The notes beneath the pieces were generated by a model. The model had not been told where the DNA came from. It did not search any database and worked only from the letters and a program-made list of their open reading frames with translations. Shown one piece after another: positions 22,601 through 37,600 of a DNA stretch of 64,000 nucleotides. The first letter of the stretch is position 1; every line of letters starts with the position of its first letter. The position numbers and the translations under genes were made by a program. Origin of the DNA: Balanoglossus misakiensis (taxonomy: Eukaryota > Animalia > Hemichordata); contig CM082585.2 of NCBI GenBank assembly GCA_040954595.2, positions 1,488,318-1,552,317 on the forward strand, written 5' to 3'.

Positions 22601-25600
22601 AAAATCATCAAAAAATGACAAATTTTCGACTTTGCAAAATCTCAAAAGTCCGTCGATTTAAAAAAAAAACATGGGTGAAAATCTTCAAAAAATGACAAAT
22701 TTTCGACTTTGCAAAAACTCAAAATTTCGTCGATTTTTGAAAAAAAATCATGGGTTCGTTGATTTTTGAAAAAAAACATGGGTGAAAATCTTCAAAAATG
22801 ATTCTTGAAAAAAAAAATGGGTGAAAATCATCAAAAATGACAAAGTTTCGACTTTGCAAAATCTCAAAATTTCATTCGATTTCTGAAAAAATCATAGGGG
22901 AAAATCATCAAAAAATGACAAATTTTCGACTGCAAACTCTTAAAATTTCGTCAATTTTTGAAAAAAATCATGGGTAAAATCATCAATAAATGAAAAATTT
23001 TCGACTTTGCAAAATCTCAAAATTTCGTCGATTTTTGAAAAAAATCATGGGTGAAAATCATCAAAAAATGACAAATTTTCGACTTTGCAAAATTTCAAAA
23101 ATTCGTTGATTTTTGAAAAAAAAATGGGTTATAGCTTATGAAAATCATCAACAAATGACAAATTTTCGACTTTGCAAATCTCAAAATTTCGTCGATTTTG
23201 AAAAAAATCATGGGTTCGTCGATTTTTGAAAAAAAACATGGGTGAAAATCTTCAAAAAATGACAAATTTTCGACTTTGCAAAACTGAAAATTTCGTCGAT
23301 TTTTGAAAAAAATAATGAGTGAAAATCATCAAAAAAGACAAAGTTTCGACTTTGCAAAATCTCAAAATTTCGTCGATTTCTGAAAAAAATCATGGGTAAA
23401 ATCGTCAAAAAAAGACAGATTTTCGACAGCAAAATCTTAAAATTTCGTCAATTTTGAAAAAAATCATGGGTAAAAATCATCAAAAAATGACAAATTTTCG
23501 ACTTTGCAAAATCTCAAAATTTCGTCAATTTTTGAAAAAAAATCGTGGGGGGGGGGAAATCATCAAAAAAATGACAAATTTTCGACTTTGCAAAATTTTG
23601 AAAAATTCGTCGATTTTTAAAAAAAAACATGGGTTCGTCCATTTTTGAAAAAAAAACATGGGTGAAAATCATCAACAAATGACAAATGTTCAACTTTGCA
23701 AAATCTCAAAATTCGTCGATTTTTGAAAAAAAAAAATCGTGGGGGGGGGGGGAATCATCAAAAAATTACAAATTTTCGACTTAACAAAATTTTCAAAAAT
23801 TCGTCGATTTTTGAAAAAAAAAAACATGGGTTCGTCCATTTTTGAAAAAAAAAACATGGGTGAAAATCATCAACAAATGACAAATGTTCAACTTTGCAAA
23901 ATCTCAAAATATTGTCGATTTTTGAAAAAAAATCATGGGTTCGTTGATTTTTGAAAAAAAAACATGGGTGAAAATCATCAAAAAATGACAAATTTTCGAC
24001 TTTGCAAAATCTCAAAATTTCGTAAATTTTTGAAAAAAAGTCATGGGTGAAAATCATAAAAAAATTACAAATTTTCGACTTTGCAAAATCTAAAAATTTT
24101 GTCGATTTTGAAAAAAATCATGGGTGAAAATCATCAAAAATGACAAATTTTCGACTTTGCAAAATCTCAAAATTTCGTCGATTTTTGAAAAAATCATGGG
24201 TTCGTTCAATTTTGAAAAAAAAACGGGTGAAAATCATCAAAAAATTACAAATTTTCGACTTTGCAAAATCTCAAAATTTTGTCGATTTTTGAAAAAAATC
24301 ATGGGTGAAAATCATTAATAAATGACAAATTTTCGACTTTGCAAAATCTCAAAATTTCGTCGATTTTTGAAAAAAAATCATGGGTGAAAATCATCAAAAA
24401 AATGACAAATTTTCGACTTTGCAAAATCTCAAAATTCGTCGATTTTTGAGAAAAATCATGGGTGAAAATCATCAAAAAATGACAAATTTTCGACTTTGCA
24501 AATCTCAAAATTTTGTCGATTTTTGAAAAAAAATCATGGGTTCGTTGATTTTTGAAAAAAAACATGGGTGAAAATCATCAAAAAATTACAAATTTTCGAA
24601 TTTGCAAAATCTCAAAATTTCGTCGATTTTGGAAAAAAAAACATGGGTGAAAATCATCAAAAAATTACAAATTTTCGACTTTGCAAAATCTCAAAATTTC
24701 GTAGATTTTGGAAAAAAAAATCATGGGTTCGTCGATTTTTGAAAAAAATCATGGGTGAAATCATCAAAAAATGACAAATTTTCGTCTTTGCAAAATCCCA
24801 AAATTTGGTCGATTTTGAAAAACAAAATCATGGGAAAAAATCATCAAAAAATGACAAATTTTCGACTTTGCAAAATCTCAAAATTTCGTAAATTTTTGAA
24901 AAAAAGTCATGGGTGAAAAATCATCAAAAAATTACAAATTTTCGACTTTGCAAAATCTCAAAATTTCGTACATTTTTGAAAAAAAATCATGGGTGAAAAT
25001 CATCAAAAAATGACAAATTTCGTCTTTGCAAAATCTCAAAATTTCGTCATTTTTTAAAAAAAAATCATGGTGAAAATCATCAAAAAATGACAAATTGTCG
25101 ACTTTGCAAATCTAAAATTTTGTCGATTTTGAAAAAAATCATGGGTGAAAATAATCAAAAAATGACAAATTTTCGACTTTGCAAAAATCTCAAAATTTTG
25201 TCGATTTTTGAAAAAAAATCATGGGTTCGTTGATTTTTGAAAAAAAACATGGGTGAAAATCATCAAAAAATTACAAATTTTCGAATTTGCAAAATCTCAA
25301 AATTTCGTCGATTTTTGAAAAAAAAAACATGGGTGAAAATCATCAAAAAATGACAAATTTTCGACTTTGCAAAATCTCAAATTTCGTAAATTTTTGAAAA
25401 AAAGTCATGGGTGAAAATCATCAAAAAATTAAAAAGTTTCGTCTTTGCAAAATCTCAAAAAATCGTCGATTTTTGAAAAAAAAAATCATGGGTAAAAATC
25501 ATCAAAAAATTACAAATTTTCGACTTTGCAAAATCTAAAAATTTTGTCGATTTTGAAAAAATCATGGGTGAAAATCATCAAAAAATGACAAATTTTCGAC

Positions 25601-28600
25601 TTTGCAAAATCTCAAAATTTCGTAAATTGTTGAAAAAAAGTCATGGGTGAAAATCATCAAAAAATTAAAAAGTTTCGTCTTTGCAAAATCTCAAAATTTC
25701 GTCGATTTTTGAAAAAAAAATCATGGGTAAAAATCATCAAAAAATTACAAATTTTCGACTTTGCAAAATCTAAAAATTTTGTCGATTTTTGAAAAAAATC
25801 ATGGGTGAAAATCATCAAAAATGACAAATTTTCGACTTTGCAAAATCTCAAAATTTCGTCGATTTTTGAAAAAAATCATGGGTGAAAATCATCAAAAAAT
25901 GACAAATTTTCGACTTTGCAAAATCTTAAATTTCGTCGATTTTTGAAAAAAATCATGGGTGAAAATCAATCAAAAAATGACAAATTTTTGACTTTGCAAA
26001 ATCTCAAAATTTCGTCGATTTTTGAGAAAAATCATAGGAAAAAATTATCAAAAAATGACAAATTTTCGACTTTGCAAAATCTCAAAATTTCGTCGATTTT
26101 TGAAAAAAATCATGGGTGAAAATCATCAAAAAATGACAAATTTTCGACTTTGCAAAATCTTAAATTTCGTCGATTTTTGAAAAAAATCATGGGTGAAAAT
26201 CATCAAAAATGACAAATTTTTGACTTTGCAAAATCCTCAAATTTCGTCGATTTTTGAGAAAAATCATGGGTGAAAATCATCAAAAAATGACATATTTTCG
26301 TCTTTGCAAAATCTCAAAATTTGGTCGATTTTTGAAAAAAAAAAATCATGGGTAAAAATCATCAAAAAATGACAAATTTTCGACTTTGCAAAATCTCAAA
26401 ATTTCGTCGATTTTTGAAAAGAATCATGGGTGAAAATCATCAAAAAATGACAAATTTTCGACTTTGCAAAATCTCAAAATTTCGTCGATTTTTGAGAAAA
26501 ATCATGGGTGAAAATCATCAAAAAACGACAAATTTTCGTCTTTGCAAAATCTCAAAATTTCGTCGATTTTTGAAAAAAATCATGGGTGAAAATCATCAAA
26601 AAATGACAATTTTTTGTCTTTGCAAAATCTCAAATTTGGTTCGATTTTGAAAAACAAAATCATGGGAAAAAATCATCAAAAAATGACAAATTTTCGACTT
26701 TGCAAAATCTCAAAATTTCGTCGATTTTGGAAAAAAAAACATGGGTGAAAATCATCAAAAAATGACAAATTTTCGAATTTGCAAAATCTCAAAATTTCGT
26801 CGATTTTTGAAAAAAATCATGGGTTCGTTCAATTTTGAAAAAAAACATGGGTGAAAATCATCAAAAAATTACAAATTTTCGACTTTGCAAAATCTCAAAA
26901 TTTTGTCGATTTTTGAAAAAAAAATCATGGGTGAAAATCATTAATAAATGACAAATTTTCGACTTTGCAAAATCTCAAAATTTCGTCGATTTTTGAAAAA
27001 AATCATGGGTGAAAATCATCAAAAAATTACAAATTTTCGACTTTGCAAAATCTCAAAATTTCGTCGATTTTTGAGAAAAATCATGGGTGAAAATCATCAA
27101 AAAATGACAAATTTTCGACTTTGCAAAATCTCAAAATTTTGTCGATTTTTGAAAAAAAATCATGGGTTCGTTGATTTTTGAAAAAAAACATGGGTGAAAA
27201 TCATCAAAAAATTACAAATTTTCGAATTTGCAAAATCTCAAAATTTTGTCGATTTTTGAAAAAAATCATGGGTGAAAATCATCAAAAAATGACACATTTT
27301 CGACTTTGCAAAATCAAAATCTAAAATTTTGTCGATTTTGAAAAAAATCATGGGTGAAAATCATCAAAAAATGACAAATTTTCGACTTTGCAAAATCTCA
27401 AAATTTCGTAGATTTTTGAAAAAAATCATGGGTTCGTTGATTTTTGAAAAAAAAAGGGTGAAAATCATCAAAAAATTACAAATTTTCGACTTTGCAAAAT
27501 CTCAAAAATTTGTCGATTTTTGAAAAAAAATCATGGGTGAAAATCATTAATAAATGACAAATTTTCGACTTTGCAAAATCTCAAAATTTCGTCGATTTTT
27601 GAAAAAAAAACATGGGTGAAAATCATCAAAAAATGACAAATTTTCGACTTTGCAAAATCTCAAAATTTCGTCGATTTTTGAAAAAAATCATGGGTTCGTT
27701 CAATTTTGAAAAAAAACATGGGTGAAAATCATCAAAAAATTACAAATTTTCGACTTTGCAAAATCTCAAAATTTTGTCGATTTTTGAAAAAAAATCATGG
27801 GTGAAAATCATTAATAAATGAACAAATTTTCGACTTTGCAAAATCTCAAAATTTCGTCGATTTTTGAAAAAAAATCATGGGTGAAAATCATCAAAAATTA
27901 CAAATTTTCGACTTTGCAAAATCTCAAAATTTCGTCGATTTTGAGAAAAATCATGGGTGAAAATCATCAAAAAATGACAAATTTTCGACTTTGCAAAATC
28001 TCAAAATTTTGTCGATTTTTGAAAAAAAATCATGGGTTCGTTGATTTCTGAAAAAAACATGGGTGAAAATCATCAAAAAATTACAAATTTTCGAATTTGC
28101 AAAATCTCAAAATTTTGTCGATTTTGAAAAAAATCATGGGTGAAAATCATCAAAAAATGACACATTTTCGACTTTGCAAAATCTCAAAATTTCGTCGATT
28201 TTTGAAAAAAATCATGGGTGAAAATCATCAAAAAATGACAAATTTTCGACTTTGCAAAATCTCAAAATTTCGTCGATTTTTGAGAAAAATCATGGGTGAA
28301 AATCATCAAAAAATGACAAATTTTCGTCTTTGCAAAATCTCAAAATTTGGTCGATTTTTGAAAAAAATCATGGGTGAAAATAATCAAAAAATGACAAATT
28401 TTCGACTTTGCAAAATCTCAAAATTTTGTCGATTTTTGAAAAAAAATCATGGGTTCGTTGATTTTTGAAAAAAAACATGGGTGAAAATCATCAAAAAATT
28501 ACAAATTTTCGAATTTGCAAAATCTCAAAATTTCGTCGATTTTTGAAAAAAAAAACATGGGTGAAAATCATCAAAAAATGACAAATTTTCGACTTTGCAA

Positions 28601-31600
28601 AATCTCAAAATTTCGTAAATTTTTGAAAAAAAGTCATGGGTGAAAATCATCAAAAAATTAAAAAGTTTCGTCTTTGCAAAATCTCAAAAAATCGTCGATT
28701 TTTGAAAAAAAAAATCATGGGTAAAAATCATCAAAAAATTACAAATTTTCGACTTTGCAAAATCTAAAAATTTTGTCGATTTTTGAAAAAAATCATGGGT
28801 GAAAATCATCAAAAAATGACAAATTTTCGACTTTGCAAAATCTCAAAATTTCGTCGATTTTTGAAAAAAATCATGGGTGAAAATCATCAAAAAATGACAA
28901 ATTTTCGACGTTGCAAAATCTCAAAATTTCGTAAATTTTTGAAAAAAAGTCATGGGTGAAAATCATCAAAAAATTAAAAAGTTTCGTCTTTGCAAAATCT
29001 CAAAATTTCGTCGATTTTTGAAAAAAATCATGGGTGAAAATCATCAAAAAATGACAAATTTTCGACTTTGCAAAATCTTAAATTTCGTCGATTTTTGAAA
29101 AAAATCATGGGTGAAAATCATCAAAAAATGACAAATTTTTGACTTTGCAAAATCTCAAAATTTCGTCGATTTTTGAGAAAAATCATAGGAAAAAATTATC
29201 AAAAAATGACAAATTTTCGACTTTGCAAAATCTCAAAATTTCGTCGATTTTTGAAAAAAATCATGGGTGAAAATCATCAAAAAATGACAAATTTTCGACT
29301 TTGCAAAATCTTAAATTTCGTCGATTTTTGAAAAAAATCATGGGTGAAAATCATCAAAAAATGACAAATTTTTGACTTTGCAAAATCTCAAAATTTCGTC
29401 GATTTTTGAGAAAAATCATGGGTGAAAATCATCAAAAAATGACATATTTTCGTCTTTGCAAAATCTCAAAATTTGGTCGATTTTTGAAAAAAAAAATCAT
29501 GGGTAAAAATCATCAAAAAATGACAAATTTTCGACTTTGCAAAATCTCAAATTTCGTCGATTTTTGAAAAGAATCATGGGTGAAAATCATCAAAAAATGA
29601 CAAATTTTCGACTTTGCAAAATCTCAAAATTTCGTCGATTTTTGAGAAAAATCATGGGTGAAAATCATCAAAAAACGACAAATTTTCGTCTTTGCAAAAT
29701 CTCAAAATTTCGTCGATTTTTGAAAAAAATCATGGGTGAAAATCATCAAAAAATGACAATTTTTTGTCTTTGCAAAATCTCAAAATTTGGTCGATTTTTG
29801 AAAAACAAAATCATGGGAAAAAATCATCAAAAAATGACAAATTTTCGACTTTGCAAAATCTCAAAATTTCGTCGATTTTGGAAAAAAAAACATGGGTGAA
29901 AATCATCAAAAAATGACAAATTTTCGAATTTGCAAAATCTCAAAATTTCGTCGATTTTTGAAAAAAATCATGGGTTCGTTCAATTTTGAAAAAAAAACAT
30001 GGGTGAAAATCATCAAAAAATTACAAATTTTCGACTTTGCAAAATCTCAAAATTTTGTCGATTTTTGAAAAAAAATCATGGGTGAAAATCATTAATAAAT
30101 GACAAATTTTCGACTTTGCAAAATCTCAAAATTTCGTCGATTTTTGAAAAAAAATCATGGGTGAAAATCATCAAAAAATTACAAATTTTCGACTTTGCAA
30201 AATCTCAAAATTTCGTCGATTTTTGAGAAAAATCATGGGTGAAAATCATCAAAAAATGACAAATTTTCGACTTTGCAAAATCTCAAAATTTTGTCGATTT
30301 TTGAAAAAAAATCATGGGTTCGTTGATTTTTGAAAAAAAACAAGGGTGAAAATCATCAAAAAATTACAAATTTTCGAATTTGCAAAATCTCAAAATTTTG
30401 TCGATTTTTGAAAAAAATCATGGGTGAAAATCATCAAAAAATGACACATTTTCGACTTTGCAAAATCTAAAAATTTTGTCGATTTTTGAAAAAAATCATG
30501 GGTGAAAATCATCAAAAAATGACAAATTTTCGACTTTGCAAAATCTCAAAATTTCGTAGATTTTTGAAAAAAAATCATGGGTTCGTTGATTTTTGAAAAA
30601 AAAAGGGTGAAAATCATCAAAAAATTACAAATTTTCGACTTTGCAAAATCTCAAAAATTTGTCGATTTTTGAAAAAAAATCATGGGTGAAAATCATTAAT
30701 AAATGACAAATTTTCGACTTTGCAAAATCTCAAAATTTCGTCGATTTTTGAAAAAAAAAACATGGGTGAAAATCATCAAAAAATGACAAATTTTCGACTT
30801 TGCAAAATCTCAAAATTTCGTCGATTTTTGAAAAAAATCATGGGTTCGTTCAATTTTGAAAAAAAACATGGGTGAAAATCATCAAAAAATTACAAATTTT
30901 CGACTTTGCAAAATCTCAAAATTTTGTCGATTTTTGAAAAAAAATCATGGGTGAAAATGATTAATAAATGACAAATTTTCGACTTTGCAAAATCTCAAAA
31001 TTTCGTCGATTTTTGAAAAAAAATCATGGGTGAAAATCATCAAAAAATTACAAATTTTCGACTTTGCAAAATCTCAAAATTTCGTCGATTTTTGAGAAAA
31101 ATCATGGGTGAAAATCATCAAAAAATGACAAATTTTCGACTTTGCAAAATCTCAAAATTTTGTCGATTTTTGAAAAAAAATCATGGGTTCGTTGATTTTT
31201 GAAAAAAAACATGGGTGAAAATCATCAAAAAATTACAAATTTTCGAATTTGCAAAATCTCAAAATTTTGTCGATTTTTGAAAAAAATCATGGGTGAAAAT
31301 CATCAAAAAATGACACATTTTCGACTTTGCAAAATCTCAAAATTTCGTCGATTTTTGAAAAAAATCATGGGTGAAAATCATCAAAAAATGACAAATTTTC
31401 GACTTTGCAAAATCTCAAAATTTCGTCGATTTTTGAGAAAAATCATGGGTGAAAATCATCAAAAAATGACAAATTTTCGTCTTTGCAAAATCTCAAAATT
31501 TGGTCGATTTTTGAAAAAAAAAATCATGGGTAAAAATCATCAAAAAATGACAAATTTTCGACTTTGCAAAATCTCAAATTTCGTCGATTTTTGAAAAGAA

Positions 31601-34600
31601 TCATGGGTGAAAATCATCAAAAAATGACAAATTTTCGACTTTGCAAAATCTCAAAATTTCGTCGATTTTTGAGAAAAATCATGGGTGAAAATCATCAAAA
31701 AACGACAAATTTTCGTCTTTGCAAAATCTCAAAATTTCGTCGATTTTTGAAAAAAATCATGGGTGAAAATCATCAAAAAATGACAATTTTTTGTCTTTGC
31801 AAAATCTCAAAATTTGGTCGATTTTTGAAAAACAAAATCATGGGAAAAAATCATCAAAAAATGACAAATTTTCGACTTTGCAAAATCTCAAAATTTCGTC
31901 GATTTTGGAAAAAAAAACATGGGTGAAAATCATCAAAAAATGACAAATTTTCGAATTTGCAAAATCTCAAAATTTCGTCGATTTTTGAAAAAAATCATGG
32001 GTTCGTTCAATTTTGAAAAAAAAACATGGGTGAAAATCATCAAAAAATTACAAATTTTCGACTTTGCAAAATCTCAAAATTTTGTCGATTTTTGAAAAAA
32101 AATCATGGGTGAAAATCATTAATAAATGACAAATTTTCGACTTTGCAAAATCTCAAAATTTCGTCGATTTTTGAAAAAAAATCATGGGTGAAAATCATCA
32201 AAAAATTACAAATTTTCGACTTTGCAAAATCTCAAAATTTCGTCGATTTTTGAGAAAAATCATGGGTGAAAATCATCAAAAAATGACAAATTTTCGACTT
32301 TGCAAAATCTCAAAATTTTGTCGATTTTTGAAAAAAAATCATGGGTTCGTTGATTTTTGAAAAAAAACATGGGTGAAAATCATCAAAAAATTACAAATTT
32401 TCGAATTTGCAAAATCTCAAAATTTTGTCGATTTTTGAAAAAAATCATGGGTGAAAATCATCAAAAAATGACACATTTTCGACTTTGCAAAATCTAAAAA
32501 TTTTGTCGATTTTTGAAAAAAATCATGGGTGAAAATCATCAAAAAATGACAAATTTTCGACTTTGCAAAATCTCAAAATTTCGTAGATTTTTGAAAAAAA
32601 ATCATGGGTTCGTTGATTTTTGAAAAAAAAGGGTGAAAATCATCAAAAAATTACAAATTTTCGAATTTGCAAAATCTCAAAATTTCGTCGATTTTTGAAA
32701 AAAAAAATCATGGGTAAAAATCATCAAAAAATTACAAATTTTTGACTTTGCAAAATCTCAAAATTTTGTCGATTTTTGAAAAAAATCATGGGTGAAAATC
32801 ATCAAAAAATGACAAATTTTCGACTTTGCAAAATCTCAAAATTTCGTCGATTTTTGAAAAAAATCATGGGTTCGTTCAATTTTGAAAAAAAACATGGGTG
32901 AAAATCATCAAAAAATTACAAATTTTCGACTTTGCAAAATCTCAAAAATTTGTCGATTTTTGAAAAAAAATCATGGGTGAAAATCATTAATAAATGACAA
33001 ATTTTCGACTTTGCAAAATCTCAAAATTTCGTCGATTTTTGAAAAAAAAAACATGGGTGAAAATCATCAAAAAATGACAAATTTTCGACTTTGCAAAATC
33101 TCAAAATTTCGTCGATTTTTGAAAAAAATCATGGGTTCGTTCAATTTTGAAAAAAAACATGGGTGAAAATCATCAAAAAATTACAAATTTTCGACTTTGC
33201 AAAATCTCAAAATTTTGTCGATTTTGAAAAAAATTATGGGTTCGTCGATTTTTGAAAAAAAAAACATGGGTGAAAATCATCAAAAAATGACAAATTTTCG
33301 ACTTTGCAAAATCTCAAAATTTTGTCGATTTTTGAAAAAAATCATAGGTGAAAATCATCAAAAAATGACAAATTTTCGACTTTGCAAAATCTCAAAATTT
33401 CGTCAATTTTGAAAAAAAATCATGGGTGAAAATCATCAAAAAATGACAAATTATCGACTTTGCAAAATCTCAAAATTTCGTCGATTTTTGAAAAAAATCA
33501 TGGGTGAAAATCATCAAAAAATGACAAATTTTCGACTTTGCAAAATCTCAAAATTTCGTCGGTTTTTGAAAAATAATATGGGTGAAAATCATCAAAAAAT
33601 GACAAATTTTTGACTGCAAAATCTCAAAATTTCGTCGATTTTTGAAAAAAAATAATGGTTGAAAATCATCAAAAATTACAAATTTTCGACTTTGCAAAAT
33701 CTCAAAATTTCGTCGATTTTGAAAAAAATCATGGGTTCGTCGATTTTTTAAAAACAACATTGGTGAAAATCATCAAAAAATGACAAATTTTCGACTTTGC
33801 AAAATCTCAAAATTTCGTCGATTTTGAAACAAAATCATGGGTGAAAATCATCACAAAATGACAAATTTTCGTCTTTGCAAAATCTCAAAATTTCGTCGAT
33901 TTTTGAAAAAAAAATCATGGGTAAAAATCATCAAAAATGACAAATTTTCGTCTTTGCAAAATCTCAAATTTTCGTCGATTTTTGAAAAAAATCATGGTTG
34001 AAAATCATCAAAAAATGACAAATTTTTGACTGCAAAATCTCAAAATTTCGTCGATTTTTGAAAAAAAATAATGGTTGAAAATCATCAAAAATTACAAATT
34101 TTCGACTTTGCAAAATCACAAAATTTCGTCGATTTTGAAAAAAATCATAGGTTCGTCGATTAAAAAAAAAACATGGGTGAAAATCATCAAAAAATGACAA
34201 ATTTTCGACTTTGCAAAATCTCAAAATTTCGTCGATTTTTGAAAAAAAATCATGGGTGAAAATCATCAAAAAATGACACATTTTCGATTATGCAATATCT
34301 CAAAATTTCGTCGATTTTTGAAAAAAAATCATGGGTGAAAATCATCAAAAAATGACACATTTTCGATTATGCAAAATCTCAAAATATTGTCGATTTTGAA
34401 AAAAATCATGGGTTCGTCGATTTTAAAAAAAACAGGTGAAAATCATCAAAAAATGACAAATTTTCGACTTTGCAAAATCTTAAAATTTCGTCGATTTTTG
34501 AAAAAAATCATGGGTGAAAATCATCAAAAAATGACAAATTTTTGACATTGCAAAATCTCAAAATTTCGTCGATTTTGAAAAAAATTATGGGTTCGTCGAT

Positions 34601-37600
34601 TTTGAAAAAAAATCATGGTGAAAATCATCAGAAAATGACAAATTTTCGTCTTTGCAAAATCTCAAAATTTTGTCGATTTTTGAAAAAAATCATGGGTGAA
34701 AATCATCAAAAAATGACAAATTTTCGACTTTGCAAAATCTCAAAATTTTGTCGATTTTTGAAAAAAATCATAGGTGAAAATCATCAAAAAATGACAAATT
34801 TTCGACTTTGCAAAATCTCAAAATTTCGTCAATTTTGAAAAAAAATCATGGGTGAAAATCATCAAAAAATGACAAATTATCGACTTTGCAAAATCTCAAA
34901 ATTTCGTCGATTTTTGAAAAAAATCATGGGTGAAAATCATCAAAAAATGACAAATTTTCGACTTTGCAAAATCTCAAAATTTTGTCGATTTTTGAAAAAA
35001 AATCATGGGTGAAAATCATTAATAAATGACAAATTTTCGACTTTGCAAAATCTCAAAATTTCGTCGATTTTTGAAAAAAAATCATGGGTGAAAATCATCA
35101 AAAAATTACAAATTTTCGACTTTGCAAAATCTCAAAATTTCGTCGATTTTTGAGAAAAATCATGGGTGAAAATCATCAAAAAATGACAAATTTTCGACTT
35201 TGCAAAATCTCAAAATTTTGTCGATTTTTGAAAAAAATCATGGGTTCGTTGATTTTTGAAAAAAAAACATGGGTGAAAATCATCAAAAAATTACAAATTT
35301 TCGAATTTGCAAAATCTCAAAATTTTGTCGATTTTTGAAAAAAATCATGGGTGAAAATCATCAAAAAATGACACATTTTCGACTTTGCAAAATCTCAAAA
35401 TTTCGTCGATTTTTGAAAAAAATCATGGGTGAAAATCATCAAAAAATTACAAATTTTCGACTTTGCAAAATTTCAAAATTTCGTCGATTTTTGAAAAAAA
35501 AAAATCATGGGTAAAAATCATCAAAAAATTACAAATTTTCGACTTTGCAAAATCTAAAAATTTTGTCGATTTTTGAAAAAAAAGATGGGTGAAAATCATC
35601 AAAAAATGACAAATTTTCGACTTTGCAAAATCTCAAATTTCGTCGATTTTTGAAAAAAATCATGGGTGAAAATCATCAAAAAATGACAAATTTTCGTCTT
35701 TGCAAAATCCCAAAATTTGGTCGATTTTTGAAAAACAAAATCATGGGAAAAAATCATCAAAAAATGACAAATTTTCGACTTTGCAAAATCTCAAAATTTC
35801 GTAAATTTTTGAAAAAAAGTCATGGGTGAAAATCATCAAAAATTACAAATTTTCGTCTTTGCAAAATCTCAAAATTTCGTCGATTTTTGAAAAAAAAAAT
35901 CATGGGTAAAAATCATCAAAAAATTACAAATTTTCGACTTTGCAAAATCTAAAAATTTTGTCGATTTTTGAAAAAAACAATCATGGTGAAAATCATCAAA
36001 AAATGACAAATTTTGGACTTTGCAAAATCTCAAAATGTTGTCAATTTTTTAAAAAATTCATGAGTTCGTTGATTTTTAAAAAAAAACATTGGTGTCAATT
36101 TTTGAAAAAAATCATGGGTTCGTTGATTTTTAAAAAAAAAACATTGGTGAAAATCATCAAAAAATTACAAATTTTCGACTTTGCAAAATCTCAAAATTTC
36201 GTACATTTTTGAAAAAAAATCATGGGTGAAAATCATCAAAAAATGACAAATTTTCGACTTTGCAAAATCTCAAAATTTCATCGATTTTTGAAAAAAATCA
36301 CGGGTGAAAATCATCAAAAAATGACAAATTTTCGTCTTTGCTAAATCTCAAAATTTCGTCGATTTTTGAAAAAAATCATGGGTGAAAATCATCAAAAAAT
36401 GACAAATTTTCGACTTTGCAAAATCTCAAAATTTCGTACATTTTTAAAAAAAAATCATGGGTGAAATTCATCAAAAAATGACAAATTTTCGACTTTGCAA
36501 AATCTCAAAATTTCGCCGATTTTTGAAAAAAACAATCATGGTGAAAATCATCAAAAAATGACAAATTTTCGACTTTGCAAAATCTCAAAATGTTGTCAAT
36601 TTTTAAAAAAATCATGAGTTCGTTGATTTTTAAAAAAAAACATTGGTGTCAATTTTTGAAAAAAATCATGGGTTCGTTGATTTTTAAAAAAAAACATTGG
36701 TGAAAATCATCAAAAAATTACAAATTTTCGACTCTGCAAAATCTAAAAATTTCGTACATTTTTGAAAAAAAATCATGGGTGTAAATCATCAAAAAATGAC
36801 AAATTTTCGTCTTTGCAAAATCTCAAAATTTCGTCGTTTTTTAAAAAAAAAATCATGGTGAAAATCATCAAAAAATGACAAATTGTCGACTTTGCAAAAT
36901 CTAAAAATTTTGTCGATTTTTGAAAAAAATCATGGGTGAAAATAATCAAAAAATGACAAATTTTCGACTTTGCAAAATCTCAAAATTTCGTCGATTTTTG
37001 AAAAAAATCATGGGTGAAAATCATCAAAAAATGACAAATTTTCGACTTTGCAAAATCTCAAAATTTCGTCGATTTTTGAAAAAAATCATGGGTTCGTTCA
37101 ATTTTGAAAAAAACGGGTGAAAATCATCAAAAAATTACAAATTTTCGACTTTGCAAAATCTCAAAATTTTGTCGATTTTTGAAAAAAAATCATGGGTGAA
37201 AATCATTAATAAATGACAAATTTTCGACTTTGCAAAATCTCAAAATTTCGTCGATTTTTGAAAAAAAATCATGGGTGAAAATCATCAAAAAATGACAAAT
37301 TTTCGACTTTGCAAAATCTCAAAATTTCGTCGATTTTTGAGAAAAATCATGGGTGAAAATCATCAAAAAATGACAAATTTTCGACTTTGCAAAATCTCAA
37401 AATTTTGTCGATTTTTGAAAAAAAAAATCATGGGTTCGTTGATTTTTGAAAAAAAACATGGGTGAAAATCATCAAAAAAGTACAAATTTTCGAATTTGCA
37501 AAATCTCAAAATTTCGTCGATTTTTGAAAAAAAAACATAGGTGAAAATCATCAAAAAATGACAAATTTTCGACTTTGCAAAATCTCAAAATTTCGTAAAT

